A DNA stretch of 20,000 nucleotides from Scenedesmus sp. PABB004 (taxonomy: Eukaryota). The translations under genes were made by a program, and so were the position numbers. The stretch is taken from the NCBI GenBank assembly GCA_014905635.1, contig JABVCE010000051.1, positions 49,498 to 69,497 on the forward strand, in the 5' to 3' direction. Of this stretch, positions 14,537-20,000 are shown one piece after another; position 1 is the first letter of the stretch, and every line of letters begins with the position of its first letter. The notes under the pieces are model-generated. The model was given only the letters and a program-made list of their open reading frames with translations. It made no database searches and was not told the DNA's origin.

Positions 14537-17500
14537 ATGGCCGCCGAGGCCAAGGAGTGGGCGGGCGGGCAGGTGCTCTTCGCGGGCGGCACGGACTGGT
14601 CCATGGTGCGCAGCGCGGGGCGCGTGGGGCGGGGCGCGGGCGCGCAGGCGCCTGATGGCGCGCGCTTCGAACGCCGGCCCCCGATCCGCCGCCTCCCCGC
14701 CTCGCAGCTCGGCCGATCCATCGCCAAGGGCAAGGCCGATCCGCAGGTGACCGGCGGCGCCGCGGCTCGCCGCCGCCGCCGCCCGCTGCCGCTGCTGCCC
14801 GCCGGCGCCGACCGCCGCCCCGCCGCGGCGCGCAGGCGGAGCTGGAGCGCCAGGAGCGCTACCCCAACCTCACCTCGCCCACGCGCCTCAAGGCGCTGCT
14901 GGTGCGGCGCGGCGGCCGGCGCGGCGCGGGCGGTCGCCGGCGCCACCCGCCGCAACCGCCGCCCGCCCGTGCCGCGCGCCCCGTGCCGCGTGGCTCGCAG
15001 GACGTCAAGGTCGCGTTCATCGCGGCCGGCAGCGCGGCGGTGCACTGCATCGTGGGCGACGTCAACGGCGTCTGCTACACCTGGGGCCGCAACGAGGCGC
15101 GCACCGGACGGGGCCCGCGCCGCAGCGAGCGGCGGCCGGCGCCGCGCCGCTGCTCACGCGCGCCCGGCCCGCGCGCGCGCGCCGCCACCGCCGCGGCCGC
15201 CCCCGCAGAAGGGGCAGCTCGGGCATGGTGACCTCTGCCAGCGCAACACCCCCACCGTCGTGGCCGCGCTCGCGGGCAAGCACGTGGTCGCCGGTGCGCC
15301 GCCGCAGCCGCGCCGCGCTGGCCGCCGCAGCCGCGCCGCCGTTCCGCCGCCGCGGCTGCTGCGCCGCCGGCGCCCCGGCGCCGGCGCTGGCGCCGGAGCA
15401 GTTGCGGCGGGCGCAGCCGCCGACGCGCGGGCCGCCGACGCGTGCCGCGCGCGCCGCACGCACGCCGCGCAGCGGCCGGCGGGCGGCACCACACCCTCGT
15501 CGTGACCAAGGGTGGCGAGAGCTACGCCTTTGGCCTCAACGCCCAGGCGCGCAGCGGTGGCGCCGGCGCGCGGCGGCGGCGGCGGCACGGGAGGGGCGGG
15601 CGGCGCGCCCCGCGTCCGCGCTCGTCCTGCATCGCCGCGCCGCGCCGCCGCGCCGCAGGGCCAGCTGGGCATCGGCAGCATCAGAAAGGGCAAGGCCGAG
15701 GGTGCGGCGCCGCCCCCGGCCCGCCAGCTCGCGCCCGCCCGCCGCCCGGGCGCAGCTGCCGCCGCTGTGGCCGCGCCGCGCGCGGTCCGAGCGCCCGCGC
15801 CGCCGCGCCGCCGCAGACCTGCAGCTGTCGCCGGTCAAGGTGTCCGCGGTCGACGGCGCGACGGCGGTGTCGGCCGGCCTCGACTTCTCCGCCTGGCTCA
15901 CCAGCAAGGGCCGGGTGCGGCGCCGCAGCCGTGTGCCGTGTGGCCGCGCCGCGCCGTCACCGCGGACCGGCTCACCCCCTCCCCCTCCCCCTCCCGCTGC
16001 GCCGCGCCGTGCCGCGCCGCGCCGCGCCGCGCCGTGCCGTGTGCCGTGCTGCGCGCCAGGTGTTCACCGCTGGCAACCCCCAGTACGGCCAGCTCGGGGG
16101 CGGCGACGACCACATGTACAACGCCAAGGACTGTGAGCACCCGCACCTGCCCCCGCGCCCCGCGCCGCCCGCACTCGCTGCCGCGCGCTGCCGCGCGCTG
16201 GGGCGTGCCGGCCGCTGCCCGCTGCTGGAGCACCGCTCGGGCGCTGCTGCCGCGGTGGTGCTGACGAGCCCCTGCCCCGCTGCCCCCTGCCCCCGCCCCT
16301 GCCCCCTTTCCCTTGGACGGCCAGCGAGCATCAAGATCATGTTTGAGCCCCAGCCCCAGCCCTCCGTGGTGGAGGGGCTGCTCGGCGTCACCGTCAAGCA
16401 GGCGCGCGGGCCACACCGGACCGGGCGGCAGCGGCAGCGGGCGCCCAGGCGGTCGCACGGCGCGCCTGCGCGCCGCGCCGCGCCTGCGCGCCGCGCCGCG
16501 CCTGCGCGCCGCGCCGACGCCGCCGCCGCGTCGTCGTCGTCGGCGTACTGCAGATCGCGTGCGGGCACACGCACACGCTCGCGCTGGACGACAAGGGTGG
16601 CGCGTGGACGTGGGGCAAGGGCGACTACGGCAAGCTCGGGCACAAGGTGCAGGCGGACGAGCTCGCGCCGCGGTCGATCGAGTCGTTCCGGGGGCGCATC
16701 CTGGTGCAGCCTGACGCCGTGGTAAGCCACGCGCGGGGGCGCGGGGGTGTGCGCGACGGCGCGGCGTGAGACCCGCCGCCGCGCCGGCCCGCCCCGCCGC
16801 GGCGCCGGCCCGCCCCGCCGCGCCGCGCTGACCCGCCGCCGACCCGGCGCCGCAGTGCGGCGCGGGCGGGCTGAGCACGTTTTGCGTCGCGAGCGGGCCG
16901 CAGCTGTACGGCTGGGGCAAGCTCAAGGCCTCGGGCGACGCCACGACGCACCCCACGCCCGTGGAGGACCTGTCCGGCTGGAACGTGAGCGCCTCACGCT
17001 TACGCGCGGCGCGCGCGTGTGGTGGCGCCGCGGGGCGCGCCTGCGCTCCGTGCTCCCGCGCCGGCCGACGCGGCCCGCCCCGCCCGCCGCCGCGCGCGCC
17101 GCAGCTGCGCAGCCTGTCGTGCGGGCCCGCCACGTTTGCGGTCGCGGCGGACCGCAGCGTGATCACCTGGGGCGCCGCGACCAACGGCGAGCTCGGCTAC
17201 GGCCCCGCCGGCAAGAAGTCGAGCGCCCGCCCTGACAAGGCGCGGCGCGGCGCGCGCGCCCGGGGTTGCTGCCGGCGCGCGCCCGGGTTGCTGCCGGCGC
17301 GTGTGCGGCCGCTGCGCGCGTCAGCGCTTGACGCCGCACGCCGGCGGCGCGCGGGCGCGCGCAGTGCACGGCGCTCGAGGACACGGCCACGCACGCGGTG
17401 GCGTGCGGCACCGGGTTCACCCTGTTCCTGACCGACCCGGACCCCAAGGTGCGAGGGGTGCAGACCAGGGTTTATGGCTCACGAGGGTTGTTGTTTCCCT

Positions 17501-17744
17501 CGGGGCTTTTGCACAGCGCAGCGGACGGGGGCGCTCAGGGCGAGCCCACCTCCGTCAGCCAACGCGCTGCGCTGCCCCGGGCCCACAGGTGCTCGAGCGC
17601 TTTGAGACGTGGGCGCCGTCGGTGGAGGTCGAGGAGGCCAAGGCGGCGCCGCCGGACGACGACGCCGCGGCGGGCGGCAAGGCCGGCGCCAAGCGCAAGG
17701 GCGCCGCGGCGGGCGGCGCGGGGCGCGGCAAGAAGGCCAAGTGA
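14537..17744 (+). CDS. RCC2: RCC1-repeat beta-propeller protein, RCC2/TD-60-like, ~463 aa. Exons 14537-14605, 14708-14746, 14836-14901, 15001-15096, 15209-15293, 15473-15546, 15659-15701, 15817-15914, 16060-16132, 16325-16401, 16554-16721, 16856-16984, 17105-17239, 17365-17448, 17589-17744
   Basis: GQVLFAGGTDW N-terminal motif; RCC1 repeats YTWGRNE|KGQLGHGD, AGGRHHTL, AFGLNAQ|GQLG, AGNPQYGQLGGGDDHMYNAKDSS, IACGHTHTLAL, TWGKGDYGKLGH, PTPVEDLSGWN, ITWG..GELGYG..KKSSARP; basic C-terminal tail KRK...GRGKKAK. Exon sum 1392 nt is in frame. Kozak-like GCCGCCATGG start. Confidence 0.88.
15097..15208 (+). other. GC-AG intron (RCC2-like), GAG|GCGCGC
   Basis: Restores RCC1 motif WGRNE|KGQLG; 112 nt, frame-breaking. 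Confidence 0.9.
15547..15658 (+). other. GC-AG intron (RCC2-like), CAG|GCGCGC
   Basis: Restores FGLNAQ|GQLG; 112 nt, frame-breaking. Confidence 0.88.
16402..16553 (+). other. GC-AG intron (RCC2-like), CAG|GCGCGC
   Basis: Restores VTVKQ|IACGHTHT; 152 nt, frame-breaking. Confidence 0.87.
16461..16514. repeat. Three perfect tandem copies of 18-mer CGCGCCTGCGCGCCGCGC (intronic)
   Basis: Copies at 16461-16478, 16479-16496, 16497-16514. Confidence 0.9.
16781..16822. repeat. Perfect 21-nt tandem duplication (intronic)
   Basis: GCGCCGGCCCGCCCCGCCGCG at 16781-16801 and 16802-16822. Confidence 0.85.
17240..17364 (+). other. GC-AG intron (RCC2-like), AAG|GCGCGG
   Basis: Restores KKSSARPDK|CTALED..VACG; 125 nt, frame-breaking. 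Confidence 0.85.
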
Positions 17745-18065
17745 GGCCGCCCGGAGCGGAGCGGCGGGCGGGGCGGGCGGCGGGCAGCAGCACCCAGGCC
17801 AGGCGTCGGCGTGGCGCCGACGAGTTGCCCGCGCAGCCGCGTGCGGGGTTGTGGCCTCGTGCTCGCGTACCTCGAAATACCACATGCAACGCCTGCGACG
17901 CGCTGTCATGTAGTTCAGTCAGAACTCGAGCAGGAAGTGAAGAGCAGCGGCGACGCGCAAGTAGAGTGACGCTCCGCCGCCGGCAACGGGGGCGTCCCAC
18001 GGCCCGCCGCCGCGCGGCTCACTGCTCCCTGCTCCCTGTGCTTTCCTCCCGCCCTGCCGCGCGCG

Positions 18066-20000
18066 ATGGAAGCCCCGCGGAGGGCCGTGCTGCTGCTGCC
18101 GCCGTGCCTGCTCGCCCTGCTCCTCCTGGCCGCAACCGGGTCTGTGCGCGGCCAGGATGATTCGCCGACGACTCAGCGGTTCCCTGCATGCGTGATCCCG
18201 GGCTGCAGCGCGTGCGTGCAGCGCTCCTGCTCCGCGTGTGCCGATGGCTACACCCGGAACTCCCAGGGCGGCTGCGGTGCGCTGCGGCGATGGTGCATGG
18301 CGGCGATGCTCGGGACAAACGGGCACCGCCACCAGCCAGCCCCCGAGCAGCCGCGCGGAGCCCGGGGCGGCCGGCAGCAGCCAGCGCAGGCAGGCACGAC
18401 AGCGGCGGCGTGCCAGGCTGGCCGCCGGCCGCCGCGCCGAGCCTCCCTCCCCTCCTCCCACCCCCGCAGACTGTGCGCCCGGCTTCGGGAGCTACGCAAA
18501 GTGCGGTGACAAGCCGACCACCGCGTGCAAGCGCTTCCGGTCGTCGACACCGCCCGACGGCTGCCCCGCCACCGTTCCCTTCGCCGAGACGCGCCGCGCG
18601 GTCCGCCAGTGCTTCTGCCGCGCGTGCCCCTCGGGTGCGCGGATGCGGGCGGGCTCACGCCTGGCCCGACTCCGCGGCCGCGGCAGGGCCTGCGGCACCA
18701 GGCGCCCGCCGACCCGCCCCGCCCGCCCCGGCACGCAGGCACCACGGGCAGGGGCGGCCCCATCGAGCTCGCCTCGTGCCTGCCGCCGCCGCAGAGCGGC
18801 GCCAAGCTCGCGGTCAACGTGACCGCCGCGGCAGCCTTTGGCGCGGCGCTCGCGAGCAGCAGCCAGCCGCGCTGCGTGTTTGTGCCCGTGAAGCGCGGCG
18901 CGCCGCGCGCGGCCTACGGCGGCTACGCCTGCGCGCTCGGCGCCAACACGACCTCGCCGCCCGACTGCGTGCCCGACGCGGCGGCGCTGGCCGCCAACTG
19001 GCCCGTCACGAGCTGCGCGCCCGCGCTCGCGCGCCTGCTCGCGCCCGCGGAGAGGCACGCCTGCATCGAGGCGCTGAGGTATCCGTACCAGGGCGAGGCG
19101 TTCTCGTGCACCGTGCCGCCGATCAACTTTGCGGCGTGGGAGCGCGCCGGCCTCACCGCGGTGCAGTGCTGCGTGGGCGCGCGGCTTGCGGCGGACGAGG
19201 GGCCGGCGGCGCGCGCGGCGCTGCGGCTCCTGGCGGGCAACAAGACTGTGCAGGAGTACCCCAGCTCGGAGGGCCTCTCCACGGCAGCGGTGCCGGCTAT
19301 CGACCTCGCGTACGTGCCGGACCCGCTGCGCGTCCCCGCGTACAACCCCTCGCAGCCGCCGAGCAAGCTGCGCCCGACGGCCAAGCCCGTGGCCGCGGGC
19401 ATGGCCGGCACGCCGGACGGCGCGGTCAACGAGACGCGGCTGGCCCGGGGCGCTACGCGGGCGGCAACATCACCGACGCCCAGGCCGTGGCGTTCGCGGA
19501 GGCGGAGATCACGCGCGCGTGCACGGAGCAGTACGGCGACCGCTGCGCGGCGGAGCTGCCCGACGTCGGCAGGAACGTCACCGCCGCAGAGGAGGAGCGC
19601 GCGGCGCGCGAGGCGGCGATCGCGGCCAACTCGAGCTGGGCGCCCCTGCTGGACCCGCCCCTGAACGAGGCCTACGCGCGGCCGGAGCTCGGCGGCGACC
19701 TGCTCTCGCCGCCGCGCGCGGGCGGGCCGGCCGTGCTCAAGTGGGCGCTGGCAGACCTGCTCGAGGCGTCAAACGGCGGCGAGCGCGGCGCGGGCGGCGG
19801 CGCGGCGCCGCAGCGCAACACGAGCTGGTCGCCGCGCGCCGGCACCGCGGACACCGCGTACGAGCTCCTCGTGGCGGCGGAGCTGCTCGAGACGACGGCG
19901 GACGCGGAGGGCGTGCCGCAGGTCACCTTCAGCCCCGAGAGCGGCGCCGTGGTCATCCTGACCCTGGACGACAAGCTGCGCGTGAGCGGGCTCACCAGGG
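18066..20000 (+). CDS. Putative secreted/cell-surface Cys-rich protein, 3'-truncated by window edge. Exons 18066-18276, 18470-18634, 18739->20000, with an apparent frameshift near 19440-19450
   Basis: Signal-peptide-like MEAPRRAVLLLPPCLLALLLLAATGSVRG; CxxC repeats (CVIPGCSACVQRSCSACADGY, CDCAPGFG, CFCRACPSGTTGRGG) resembling furin-like/GCC2-GCC3 modules; several NxS/T sequons; two GT-AG introns keep frame. Confidence 0.65.

Noticed and set aside
17256..17301. About 22-nt duplication (CGCCCGGGTTGCTGCCGGCGCG) and similar intronic tandem repeats as functional elements
   Set aside because: Local slippage duplications in GC-rich introns with no similarity to one another.

Overview
Extremely GC-rich, intron-dense eukaryotic nuclear DNA, most likely from a chlorophycean green alga (Sphaeropleales-like; inferred from composition, gene set and splice style). 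Almost all ORF-track entries are GC artefacts or exon/intron read-throughs. Hand splicing gives six genes: the 3' part of splicing factor MFAP1 (+), RuvB-like 2/reptin (-), an F-box/LRR protein (-), the bifunctional biotin enzyme BIO3-BIO1 (-), an RCC2-like RCC1-repeat protein (+) and the 5' part of a secreted Cys-rich protein (+) with an apparent frameshift. The main signal is the splicing code. Of 44 introns I could place, 11 (25%) use a GC donor, always AG|GCGCG and phase 0, and they do not compensate with a GCAAG consensus. Acceptors lack U-rich tracts, and many introns have G-rich 5' halves and C-rich 3' halves. Also noted: a perfect 23-bp hairpin with a competing tandem copy in a likely 3' UTR, telomere-type heptamers confined to reptin introns, very short intergenic spacers, and no UGUAA poly(A) signal seen on either strand. 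All counts are by eye.
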